Positions 11,245 through 23,047 of a stretch of 55,946 nucleotides of DNA are shown piece by piece. The stretch comes from Chromera velia (Eukaryota): positions 1 to 55,946 of the forward strand of contig JAHBMJ010000164.1 of the NCBI GenBank assembly GCA_018398765.1, in the 5' to 3' direction. How positions within the stretch are numbered: position 1 is the stretch's first letter; every line of letters starts with the position of its first letter. Made by a program: the position numbers and the translations under genes. The notes under the pieces are model-generated. The model searched no databases, was not told where the DNA came from, and was given only the letters and a program-made list of their open reading frames with translations.

Positions 11245-12865
11245 TCAATAGTAAGTTCCATCGTCCTTGCCCTGCAGTGAGGCAGAGATTCACATGAGCA
11301 TACGGCAGAGCATTCATTCATGAATTCATGCGCGGTCTTTTCTGGAAAAAGAAGGCCCTTGCTGGTCCGAAGAATTTGTAAACACTTGCAGCTCCTTCCG
11401 GAGGCATCTGTCTACTCTGAGGGTAGAACTGCATTCCTTCTCTCTCGAAACTCCCCTCTGCTCCAGGCTCTTCGCCAGTCTTTCTCGTTTCCTTCTCCTC
11501 AATCCATCTGTTCCCCTTAGACACGCACGCACCCATATCCCAGAACTACGCACCCGACATGTACACGCATACAAACACAGTCGTACCGCACAGACACGAC
11601 GACTGCACACATGCAAGGGGCCCGGTCTCTCCTTCTTCCCTGACTGTCTATACGGACTGACTGACTGACCTGAGCGTCGAGAAGTCCCTTCCAGTACTTC
11701 TGCTCATAGCTCGGACGTGCCTGGTTTCTGACGAGGACCTGGAGGTCGTCTCCGACCTGTCTGACCGGGAAGGTCTTCAGAGGGCGGGGGGGCTTCAAGA
11801 GGCCAGTGACGGGCCCGACAACGGGGGGGGAGGGGCACCACTTGCCAACGACCTCTCCGGTCTCCAAGTTAAAGGCGGTCTGATGGAGACCGCAAATGAT
11901 CTTTCCCTCCTCAATGGTGGCCTGTTAGAAATCAGAGAAGGAAGGAAAGAAGAATACATGCCAGACAAAAAAAACGTGGTCGCCCTCCGCCTAGGTTCTC
12001 ATCTCTTTCAGGCGTGCTGTGACTGTGGCAACTTGCAACAGGGATGCTGGCTGATTTGATGCACAAAATCAAATTTTGATCCCTCCCTAGTGGGCCGTCT
12101 CCTGCGCACTGACCTGCTCAAGGGGGGTGTTCAAGTGGGGGCAGGAGTTTGCGCACGCAGAGATAGTTCCGTCCTCATCGGCAATGATAAGAACATTCAA
12201 GCCTCCAACCTGCAAACATGTTCAGACGGTCAGTCAGTCAGTCAGTGGCAGCCACCAAAATCGACACAGACATCCACGAGACCGAACAGTTCGCTGGATA
12301 CCATGCACCTGACGGGTCATTTCCTCCCCCCCTGCCCTCCCGTGGAAGCCCAGGCACTGACATTGACGGGAATAACGGCACCAGGTGCGATCTCAGTCAC
12401 CTTGATGGCAGATTTCCAAACCCGATTCTGCAACCAACAAAAAAGAAGGCTCTTCATACACAAAGGAAGCAAGATGAAAGAGTTGGAGGGACACATCAGG
12501 AGAGAACGATCGGGAAACCTTCTGTAAGACCGAAGTTGGGAGTCCCAATCTATTTGTAAATCAGCTGACTCGACTCACCCCTGTCTTTGCTGTAGCAGCC
12601 TTCAAAGCATTGAGCTGCGTGCTTTCGACTGCCCGGCGACCCTGCAAAGAGACGTGAAGATGAGGAGACGTGATGCTTTCGTGCCAAAAACAGATCTGAA
12701 GAGCAATACGGCGCATCCAAAACAGTGTGGGAGGATAAGAACAACACCAATGTTTCAGCCTGGAGGCCTGCTACTCACCCGTGATGCAAGGGAGAAAGGG
12801 CTCACAACAAAAGCTTGTGCAGGAAGCACAACAGCGCTGAGCACGCAGAAAAGGAGCTTCATCAT
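11245..12865 (-). CDS. Plastid-targeted Rieske [2Fe-2S] ferredoxin-like protein (196 aa, 6 exons)
   Basis: Exons 12865-12779, 12641-12579, 12427-12362, 12209-12114, 11921-11670 and 11271-11245; all introns GT-AG, phase 0. Product MMKLLFCVLSAVVLPAQA-FVVSPF…NSCPHLNTPLEQATIEEGKIICGLHQTAFNLETGEVVGKWCP…YWKGLLDAQGKDDGTYY*. It has CxH-x16-CxxH Rieske ligands, and a signal peptide with +1 Phe followed by a transit peptide. Confidence 0.93.
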
Positions 12866-13307
12866 GCTTTGTCTTTTCGTTTATATTTCTTTCTTTTCGT
12901 TGGAGCCCTCTACCTTTTCCACCTGAGGCCTTTGTTCGTGCTTTGACGAAAACCGAACAATTTCGTTTGAGCAAAGGAAGGCAGAAGGGATCCCTCCAAA
13001 CCAAAAGCCACCAAGACGCCGACTGAAGTCGATCACAGCAAAAAGGAGAGGGGAAAGCCGTTGAGCTGCTATGGGGCGCGGCCGGCACGAACAGAATTTG
13101 CCTTTCGGGGCCGGCTTGGAATTTCAAGGGTCAAGTGCCCCCGCGCCAAAAAAAATGTGTGTTCCTTGGATGGCACAGTGAGAAGTTACACTGAGAACTG
13201 CACCGCGGGCCGAAATTCGCGTGCACGAGGGTCCGGCCATCACCCAGGCCGCCTGCAGGGGTTCGCACGCGCGCCCGGCCCGCAGCAACATGCAGGGAGC
13301 TCTTTTG

Positions 13308-13313
13308 AAAAAA
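13308..13313 (-). terminator. Pol III terminator (T6)
   Basis: TTTTTT begins 3 nt after the tRNA discriminator on the minus strand. Confidence 0.75.
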
Positions 13314-13315
13314 CC

Positions 13316-13388
13316 TGTCGCCCCAGGGATTCGAACCCAGGTCTGCGGCTTCACAAGCCGATATGCTGACCAGCTGCACCAGAGCGAC
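13316..13388 (-). tRNA. trnH: tRNA-His(GUG), 73 nt, atypical
   Basis: GTCGCTC TG GTGC AGCTGGTCA GCAT A TCGGC TTGTGAA GCCGC AGAC CTGGG TTCGAAT CCCTG GGGCGAC A. It has a 7-bp acceptor stem, D arm, TTCGA loop and A73, with no encoded CCA or G-1. Confidence 0.85.
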
Positions 13389-13534
13389 TCATGCTTGACG
13401 AACAGCACAGCAGTCAACAGCGCAAAAGTCTTACTTCTAGTGCTTCTTTTGTGCGGTTTCAAAGAACGGCGATCCATTTTTGTGCAGCCGTCTCCCCGTC
13501 TCGTTTTTTGCCGTCTCCTTCTCTGGGTACAGCA

Positions 13535-15468
13535 ATGCTTTCCCTTTATCACCCCAGGGCAGCCCCTTCGATGCTCTGGCGTTCTGTTCCTTGTGTTTCG
13601 AGAGTAAGGGGCCAAATTCGCTGCTTCCAGGCAGCAGTTAACCCGTCTATCACTCTTCAAGGTCTGGAGGGCGAACCTTTTGTCGCGTTTCTCGAACAGA
13701 TGGCGTCGGCATCGGATCAGGAAGGGAGAATAGAAAACGTGAAGACAGACTTGGGGTTGAGACAGTCCTGGTTTGCAGCAGCGAAGAGGGCGAATGAGCT
13801 AGCACCCCGTTTCTCTGCCGCTCAAGTGGGGAGGATTTGTGGAGTCTTCAGAGGAAAGAAGCGGAAATACCTCCCCGACTTGCAGCTCCACTGGGAGCAG
13901 TTCGCAAACAAAACGGCTTCAAGTCTGAAGACAGTGGATGATACACAGCTGTCAGATTGCGTGGGGGCGCTCTGTTCTGCCAAACTTGTGCGTGGTGAGC
14001 TTTTGAAGAAAGTCACAGACGAGGTGTCGGAGCGCCTCACTTCTCTGCCCACTGTGGTTTTGATCGATCTTGCCGAATCTTTACTTCTCGTGCGTCAGCA
14101 GCGGGAGGGTCGAGGAGATGAGGGGGGGGCATTGCCACCGAGTGGCTCTCTGCAGTCACTCTTTCCGCGTCTTTCCGGGGTCCTCCTGCCGAAGTTGGAC
14201 GAGGTCGCTGACACAGAACACCTTTCCAGAGCCGTCTACGCAATAGCAAGCTTACAGAAACACCCGCAGACCACTTTAGAAACTCTCAAGAAGAGACTGC
14301 AGGAGAGATTAAAACCCCTTCCCGGAAATGCCCAGCAGCAGCCCATCTCCATGCGAGACTTGAAAATGGTTCCTTCAGCAATGGCTGCGTTGGGATCTCA
14401 GGATCCGTCTCTCTACAAGGCAGCGCTAGATATCTTCTTTGTCCGTCTGAACTCGGACGCAACATCAAGAGACTTCTTTACTTTTTTCAGACGATCCTTC
14501 AGCCTCCCTCTCCACCCCTCAGCGCTAGAGGACTCTTCTCAAGCAGCGGAGCCTGTGGAGACGGAGAGAGACGGCGGGGGGGGACCCTCGGCTGCCTCCG
14601 TTTTCGCTTCTCGTCTACTGAGTGACGCAGGCGCTCTGGATTGGCGTGGGGTGATTGTTGTTGCAGAGGGTCTCTCTATGTTGTCATTCAGGGTGACCAG
14701 AAAGAACAGAATGGAAAGAAAAACGCTCTCGCGTCTCTGCAACGCCTTTGTGCAAAACTGTGTTCAACGTCTGACGAAAAGACAGCAGCAGTCGGGGGAA
14801 GGAAAAGGAGAAGAGGACTTGAAGGAGAATGCAGAACTGCTCTTCCATGCCTCAGAGTTCGTCCTGAGAGCAGACAACCCAGCAATCGCTCAGGTCAGAA
14901 GAGAGATGCGTACCTTGACGGAGAGAGCTGAGTAATTCGACCCTCCCTTCGCTGTCTCTGTGTCAATCTTGTTTGTGCAAGTAAATGAGCTGAGTGAAAG
15001 AAGAATACTTGAAGACTCCCTGTCACTCATAGAGACGGAGAATTTCAAAGTGGTACCGCATTTTATCTTGCCGTCATCGAATGCCGTCCGTGTTCCTGTT
15101 CGCCTTTCGCATTTCTTTTTTGTTCATTATATGTCGTGTTCCCCTCCCCCCTCCCCGCTTCTCTTCCTCCAGATCGGCAGGCAGGTCAAATACGAAACGA
15201 AACGCCTCGCCAAGGCTGCGGCCAGAGAAAGGAAGTCCCTCGGGAAGGGAAACGAAGGGACCGCAGCTCTCCAGATGATGGCGGTATCCCTGGTCTTCTG
15301 TGTGGCTTCTCTATCGAAAAACCTTGACGCATTCACGGGACAATTCGACGAGGGGGTCAGTCTCTTCTCTGATTTTCTCTTTGTGCATTTGAGCGTGTGG
15401 GCTGCATGGGGAATGGCTGTGCGGCTATATGTCAATTGGTGTTTCTCCATCTAGGCGCATGTGTGGAG

Positions 15469-15507
<39 letters not shown>

Positions 15508-17147
15508 CGTGCGTGAGAAAGAGAGAGAGAGAGAGAGAGGGAGGGAGGGAGGGGGGGGGGAGATCGCTCCGTCATTCCGTCTTGAATCCCTCTCCTCTTT
15601 TCCCTACCCAGCAGACCTGTTTATTGTGGCCGCTCTTTTATCTCGCTTCTCTTCTCGTCTCTTCTCTTCTCTCCCTTCGTTTCTGCTTCCTTCTCAGCTT
15701 CTTTTCCCCGGCCCCTTTCCTGCCTGAACCCTATGACTTTTCCCTTCCTTTGTGTCTTTCACCTCTTTCCCTTCCTGTCTGTCTGTTGATGTCGAGTGCA
15801 GGTAGGGGGCACAGAGGGGGGCCTGATGCTGAACAGCCTGGCGGATGTTCTGGACACCCTGACAGAGGGGAGGGGGGGGGCTCTGACAGGAGTGGCTTTC
15901 ATCCGACTCACGAAGGCGCTGGGCATGATGAGGCACATAGAGGCTGAGGTCCGCCTGTGTGTGTTGACAGAAACATGCATTGGCAGTCTTTTTCTCGCTT
16001 GGACGGTTGCTTGGTCGTTCTTGCTCCTGAATCATTCTCTCATTGTTGCTCAGGTCTTCCTTGTGTCTTCAAGAATTCTTTGTCGTGATCTTTTTTTTTC
16101 GGCGGTCGGTATTTCTTTGGTTTGCGACTTAAATGCAGAAATGAAATATTTTTCTCCCAAGAGAAGCAATTCACCTTCCCACTCACCTCCCCTGACTCAG
16201 AAAGGCGAGACAGTGGTAGCTTCAAAAGAACATAATCTGCTGAGCGCGTCTTCTTTCACATCTCTGCCTCTTTCTCCACGTGCGCATTTCTTTGACTTCC
16301 GCCAGGTCTCCTCTCGGTTCGCCCAGGTTCTCGACGAGGCGATCCGAACACGCGCGGCCCCCTTTGTAGACCCAGGCCTCGAATTGCCTGCAGAGAAGGA
16401 CTTTGGGGAGATGGGGGTGGAAGGGGGGGGAGAGGAGTTGTTCAATTCAGGTATGGGGGGAGGCAGAGAAGGGTCCCTGTTGACCTCCAGACATGCGGGC
16501 GAGGTATTGAGCAGAACTGGAGCCGTGTTCAGACAAAAGGGGGTCCCTCCTGCTGCAGCGTCTCTTTGGGTGAGTGTGGGGGGGAAGGGAGCGGGAGTTG
16601 TCCTGCCTCCTGTTTGTGAATGGCGTTTCAGTGTTTCGTTTCTCTTCTTGGAAAACAGACTGAATGAAATTTGTTTCTGCGCTAATGGGCGGGCCTTCAT
16701 CTCTTCTAGTGTTTCATCATTGCTTTTGTTTTTGTTCAACTCTGTTTCCTCCTCTTCTCTTCTCTGTTTGCAGAACAGCTGTCTGGTGGTCCTCTGTCAT
16801 GACCTGAAGGCTTTTCCTGTGGGGGGGGGCGGGAGGGGTCCCTCTCTGGTGTCGTCTCAGGATTTGCCTCCAGGAGTGAATCAGCAGACGTTGGCAGACG
16901 CTGTGGAGGCAGTGGGGGCGCTGTTGGAAGAATTGCCTTTCGGGTCCCCTCTGAAGACGTCGGCTGTCGGGTGCCTGGCTGTGGTGGCGAGGTGAGGGAA
17001 GCAGAGAAGAAAGATTTGTTTGTCATTTGGTCGTCGTTCCATCTTCTTTTCCTCCATTTTTTTCTCCTTCGGATTCGTTCTTTTGGGTATTCATTGATCT
17101 TTCTTTCTTTGTTTCTTTCTTTCTTTTTTTCTTTCTGTCTTTCTTTC

Positions 17148-17182
<35 letters not shown>

Positions 17183-18129
17183 TTTTCTTTCTTTCTTTCT
17201 TTCTTGCTTGCTTGCTTAGTTGTTTTCTTCGCTTCTTTCGTTCTCACTCTTTTTGTTTGGTTGTTTGGTTGATTTTTTCTGTAATTTTTTCCTTCTTTTT
17301 TTCTTTTTTGCTTTTTTCTTCTTTCTTGCTTGCTTGCTTGTTTGTTTGTCTGTCGGTTTTCTCCCCCATTTTTCCCCTGTCTTTCTTTCTTCCTTTCCTT
17401 TCTTTCTTCCGTTGTTTCTTTTCTGTTTTTCTCTCGGTCCGTCGTCGGCCTGTCGGCCTGTAACAGAAGAAAGGAAAAAAGGAGTCATACAGTCTGTCTG
17501 TCGCAGTGTCTTTTTTGTTTCCCCCCCATTTTCTCCTGCCCCTCACACACATCCACGTAGATGTCACCTAGAATTTCGCTTTCTCTTCCTTATTTGTCCA
17601 GGCGTTTGTGTTTCAAGAATGCCTTCCACATCCCATCACGGAGAGTCTCTGAGGTCCGTTTTTTTTTTTCGGTTGTTCGGAGACTTCGGAATGATGTTGC
17701 ACGGAGACGAAAGCTCAGAGAAATAGAAATGATCGCTCGTCAACTTGCATGAAAAGCGGGGGGAAAGGAAAGGAGGTGGGTTGCGGAGGGAAAAGGAGAG
17801 AGTTCAGACACATGTCCTTGAAAAATGGGGGGAATGCGTCAGGGTGAAAGAACCGACGGAAGCAATTATAGACGACTGTGAGAGCTCGTGCTCAAATTGA
17901 GTGCAAGGGCGGTTGCACAATCGCGTCTTGGAGGCAGTGTATCCAATGAATTGTCATCAAACGAGCAGCTGGAAAAGACCCTGCTTTTTCGATCCATCAT
18001 CGACTCGCTGATCGAATTCAATTGCTTTGAGTGCAGGCCCTTGTCGAAGCGATGCCGTCGGATGCCGAGGAGGCCCTCGACGGTCTTTTGAAGAAGAGCG
18101 GGACGACCTGGGGATACAAAATGGAGTGA
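13535..18129 (+). CDS. Heptatricopeptide-repeat (HPR)-like alpha-helical protein, probably a mitochondrial RNA-binding protein
   Basis: In-phase exons 13535-14893, 15173-15355, 15802-15948, 16306-16569, 16774-16991, 17602-17653 and 18037-18129 (the last two less certain). The N-terminus is Arg/Ser-rich and acid-free (MLSLYHPRAAPSMLWRSVPCVSRVRGQIRCF; alternative ATG at 13571). A 37-aa unit LKTVDDTQLSDCVGALCSAKLVRGELLKKVTDEVSER is followed by similar degenerate units. Confidence 0.7.
17090..17435. repeat. Intronic (TTTC)n/(CTTG)n/(TTTG)n pyrimidine-rich low-complexity tract
   Basis: Directly visible; source of the Phe/Leu-rich and Lys-rich spurious ORFs between 16971 and 17726. Confidence 0.9.
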
Positions 18130-21103
18130 CAACAGCAATTCAGTCTGTGGCGAAAAACTAAGAAAAATCCCATGTTTAAGCCTCTAGTTAAGCCTACGTT
18201 TGGGCATCGCACTGTGTCACCAAAATAGGAGAAATATAGAGAAACTGTCAGCTGATACTCAATAGATATCCTAGTAGATATATTATACATAAGATTCATA
18301 TTGAATTGAAAGCTTGAAATTTTAGTTAAAATTTCATGAAATTTGTTTTTCATACAGGAATTCTAGGCGTGTCACAGCAAAAAAAAAGTAGACCAGAATT
18401 GGCTTTAACTAAGGGTTTAATTTTTTTTTTGTAACACTTAAGCTATAGTACTAAAGCAACTTTGAACACTGAGTTGTGCTAAAAATTGTGCAAAACCCAA
18501 CTTTGAAACAACAGTTACACAACTTAGTAAGCAACACTTGAACAACAATTGTTTGTTCAACTTTGTTGCCTAACATCGTCAGCCAAAAAAAAAGAAAGTG
18601 AAGATTCACCTGGGGATTCGCTTTAATTTTTAATTTGTTTAATGATTATATGATTAAACCATATCATCATATGATTGAAAGGTCTGGTTCATGCGTGAGG
18701 CTATCATCAACATGCATGCCTAACAGGAATTCCATTTTATATTACATTTTATAAATATATGCTCAGTCTTTATACAATAAAATTAATATGTATAGTTTAT
18801 TTTTTTTTTAAACTATAGACCTAGCTATAGACCAAGTCCGTTAGCTTGCCTGTTCATGAATTTTATTTTCACAAATTGTTACAGCTTTTTAATTTGCAAA
18901 GCGCAGCACAACTAGCTCAACACAACCATGACCATCTGCGTTGACTCTCTGCTTTGGCGTGTGTGAGTGCGTCCGAGTCATTCGAGACGATGTGGGGTGA
19001 AAGTCAGGAGACAGCCAGACAGAGAGTGAAATGAAAGATCGAGAAAATCCTTCAAGGGGGAAATGCATGGTTCTTTCTTCCTTAGCCACATTGATTATGT
19101 TCGTCTCGTCTGGTCTGTCTGGGCGAATGGGTGCAATGATAGAACTGAGCCTTCGATCGGTTGTTCAAGAGATGGCATTCAATTTGCCTCAAGAAAGAGA
19201 GAGAGTAGAAGGGGAAGAAATGAAGTTACGCATAGAGTGGTGGAGCGAGAGATGCTTGTCTGCAATTCGCGAGAATCCCACCCACCAACTTACAGACTAT
19301 TTTGTTCTTGTCTGACTCAGTCCATTCATGCAGGCACAGACATAAGGGGGGGAATGAAAAGAAGAAAGAAGAACAAAGTCGGAGGGACAAGCCCCAATGA
19401 TCTTTGTTTATCTTCTCCATTCTTCTCTCTTCTCCTTCTGTCGAATGGCCATGTAGGCATTCTCTTTATTAATTAGTTAGTTTCGGTCAGTCAGAAAGGC
19501 AAGAAGCCTTAAGACGGAAAAGAACAAAAAAGGGGCGGAGTTTTGTGTCTTCGTGCCTTCTGAGGGGCAGATCATTGCTCGGCAAGCGATAACGGGAGCG
19601 CATTATGCTCTGGTTGACGGCACTTGAGACGACCAATGAGATGAGAGGGGCTTTCGGGGGGGGGTTCCCGGTGCTGGCAGTCTTTACTAAGGCTGTAGTA
19701 GACGGACGCGGAAGCTCAGGTGCAAGGCGCTCCACAACTCAGAGTCGACGAGCTGTTCTCCCAAGAATACGCTCTTCATCTATTTGTTGTTGGGAGCCTC
19801 TTTTGAATGGGTGTGCGTGTGTGTGTGTGTGTGTGTGTATGTGTGTGTGTGTGAAGTAAAACTTGGAAGTAAATGCGTTTTTCCACGCAGCCACGCATTG
19901 TCTTCCAACTGTGTCACTGAATTGTTTGCACGCTCTCATCATGCGGGTCTTTGTCATATCTGCTCGCTGCAAATAGAAGAGCGGTCGACGCTCCTTGTCT
20001 TGTTCTTGATCGTACGCTATGGCGAGCATACTTTTATGCAAATCTATTCCAATTTCCTCTTTCTCTCTCTCTCCCTCTTTTGTTCTGTCTCCTTGTCTCT
20101 TTTTCTTCCTTTCTCTATATACCTGTGGATGTATATATCTCCGTACGCATCTTTCTTTCTTTTCTTTTGTCGCTGCAGTCGGTGACGCTGTCCGACTTTC
20201 TTTCTCCGCTTCTACATAAATATGTTTATCAGGTTGCGAAAGGCATTCTTCCGTTTCCATCCATTTGTGTCCATCTACAAGTCAAAGCCAGAGAAAGACA
20301 ACAAACAAAGAGTCATCCTGTTTCCTTATTTATTTGTCTTTCTATCCGTCTGTCTACCTTGCTCGACCTGTCTGCCTATCCGTTCTGAGCTTTACCTGCG
20401 AGTTCTGTTCTGCTTGTGAGCATGGAGAAAGTCTTCGTCGTTCTCGCTGTCCGCGCCCTCCTCTTTCTGCAAATCAATCAAAGACCAATTAAAAAGACGT
20501 TAAAAATTATCATCCAGTTTTTCTCTATACTGTCAGCCAGACGGTTGGGCAGACGATCAGACTGTCAGTAATTATGTAAGAGGGAGAAGCATACAGAAGA
20601 CACAGCTGAGAGATCTGTGTGTGTCTCTGTTCATCTCTCTGTGTCAGTCATCAGACAGAGAAATAGGCGGATATAAAACAATGGTGAATAGTCAGGCACA
20701 GAAAGGACTCACTGCGGGTACTAACAGCCAAACATTCAGAACGGGGCTCTTTGGAAATACAATAACATAAAGAACCACGAGAGGGACAGAACGTATCTGA
20801 CAGAAAAGACTCTGAGAGAACAAGGACAGAGAATCAATCTAGAAAGAGACACATTGTTTTTTCTCTGCAAGCATAGAGCAAAAGTGTAGATAATAGACAT
20901 ATACGAACACTGCTTCACTGACCAATCTAGACCTATCTCCCGAGGAGTGTTTCACTATGAGGAGGTACTGGAAGAGAAAGATAAAGCTGAGGGGGCAAGG
21001 CAAGGGGGAGAGCTTCAGCCCTTTGTCTCTGCCGCTACGCTGTCCCCCTGCTTGGCCTCCTCGTCTCCGTCACCGTCTTCTGTCTCATCCCGTTGAGGGT
21101 CTC

Positions 21104-22254
21104 TTAAAAAGGCCAGACGTGAGAGTCTACCGCCCTGACGTTCACTTTTTTCCTGTGAGAGAGCGTCTTCTTTTGGCTGCTGGCCTTCCTGTCGAACGCC
21201 TTTTTGACCTTTAGGGAGGGGGAAGGGGGCGTGGGGGTCCATAAGAGTAGCCTTTGTAGCTGTGAGGGGTCTAGAGGAGACGGTGTGAATGTTCTGAGTA
21301 GCGGGAATGAGGGCGGAAAATCAGGTTGGGGGCCGGGCCTCTTCTTCTTCCTGTGTTGCTGTGTGTATAGCCGTATCTGTGGCCCTGCCATCGCTGGTTG
21401 GGGTTCTCATTTGAGGTGGAAAACGGGGGTTGGTAGGGACGCTAATTGTACAAGGGGTATTGATAGGGATTGTGGGAGGGGGCAAATCCTCTGTGTACAT
21501 GTATTGGGTGATCTGTGAAATGTCCCGGAGAGGGTCCGCTACTCTCAGGATAGAAGCGGGAGTAGTCGTCAACATTCTGCTAATGTCCCTCCCCCTTCTA
21601 TCGAGAACGTCCATCAGATTTCAACCTAAGTATATAATTCTTGAATGCATTCGGATGGTATCCATCCATTACCTCCCCGTCTTCTTCCAAATCATCTCCG
21701 TCGTCCTCCTCTATCACTGAAGCCTCTCGGGACTCGGTGGCCGACATTCGGAACCCCTCCCCTCCTGCTTCTTCTTCCTCAACCGAGACCCTCCCCCCCT
21801 CTTCCACCTGTAGCTGCCTTCGGTATTTGGGTGTTCGAGACCACAGAGAGAGCAAGTGGGTGAATGGCTCTGTGGCTTCTCGCCACCTCTCTCTGCGTCG
21901 AATTGGCAGACCCGGCAGCTGCCGCAGATGACGCAGCAGCACCTGCTTCCTTCTTAGTGTGTGTTCATCTAATTTTTGCCTTAGACCCCTCTGGTTCTTT
22001 GGGTTCCTCGACCTGCTGCTGCTGCTGCTGGAAGTGTCTCCTTGTTCTGCTCTGCCTTTTTGTTTCACAATCCCCAGCGATCCATATCGGAGCGAGTCGA
22101 CTTCTTCTTCCTTTCTCATCATTTTCTTGGAAATACCCAGACCTGCCGACAACGCCAGAGGTTTATCTGCAGAGAGGGACGGAACAGCAATGGCACAGGC
22201 CAGGAGGGATGTATGTGCGGAGTAAATCAATATAATAAGAAGCGAACGTAGCAC
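21104..22254 (-). pseudogene. Possible frameshifted or degenerate coding region, function unknown
   Basis: Three consecutive overlapping minus-strand frames (21598..22254, 21321..21614, 21104..21391) with protein-like composition and a hydrophobic N-terminus. No in-frame ATG start, no clear introns and no recognisable domain. Confidence 0.25.
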
Positions 22255-23047
22255 ATATATGCAACTGTCTATCGGAACCAGTCAGTCCATTTCTTTATGT
22301 ACTGACGGGCGCGTTTTGCACATATAAAATCAGACAGGCACATCAAGATGGGCTCATATAATAGACTGTCTGTCTATCTGGTTCTGCACCACCATGCATC
22401 GATGTACGTATATATATGAATTTGTCGGTGTTGTTACAGGCTTTCAGAGTTACAGGCTTTCAGTTTGTCAAATGACGCACCACCCCATGATAGGAAATAA
22501 TAGGAAATGACTTTGAGTCGATTCTTTTTCTAGGCCTATGGAGGTTGATCTGCTTAATCGCTTGTGATGTTATACTGACACTTTCCCCTTAAGAGGTGTT
22601 TTTCCCATTATTGCACACTAGGGCCGTGCGTAGGAAAGCATACATCCAGTAAAGCACCCTTTCAACTTAGGTTCTAAGGGTTGTATTAAGCTAACGATTT
22701 ACTGCTTAGTAGGCTTTGCTCGTATTGAGCCTAATGGGAATAGAGACCTCGATAAGTCACTCCTATAAAGCGAGGCTATAGGCCTGCGTCTCGGCGCCCA
22801 CCGCGAGCAATCCAACCGTGTGGCCGCGCTTAACTGAAGCATGCAACGTACTTAGTAAGTTACAGCAATGGCTGTCAAAAAATACTTAAGTTTAAAACAT
22901 GTTTGCTAATACGCTTTATAAAGTATGGTTATCACAGTAGTTGTCACAATACTTGAGTATAAAGTAATAATGTTGAGAGGCTAGTCAAGACACTGACAGA
23001 AAAAACCTATGCACATATGCATGCCAGTGAAGTCTTAATTAAGTCTT

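Noticed and set aside
13391..13534. ATG 13391 as the start of the HPR-like protein
   Set aside because: It abuts the tRNA 5' end and would mask the presequence-like segment that starts at 13535 or 13571.
18900..20950. Genes from the many short ORFs here
   Set aside because: Microsatellite- and pyrimidine-biased translations without a recognisable domain or splice chain.
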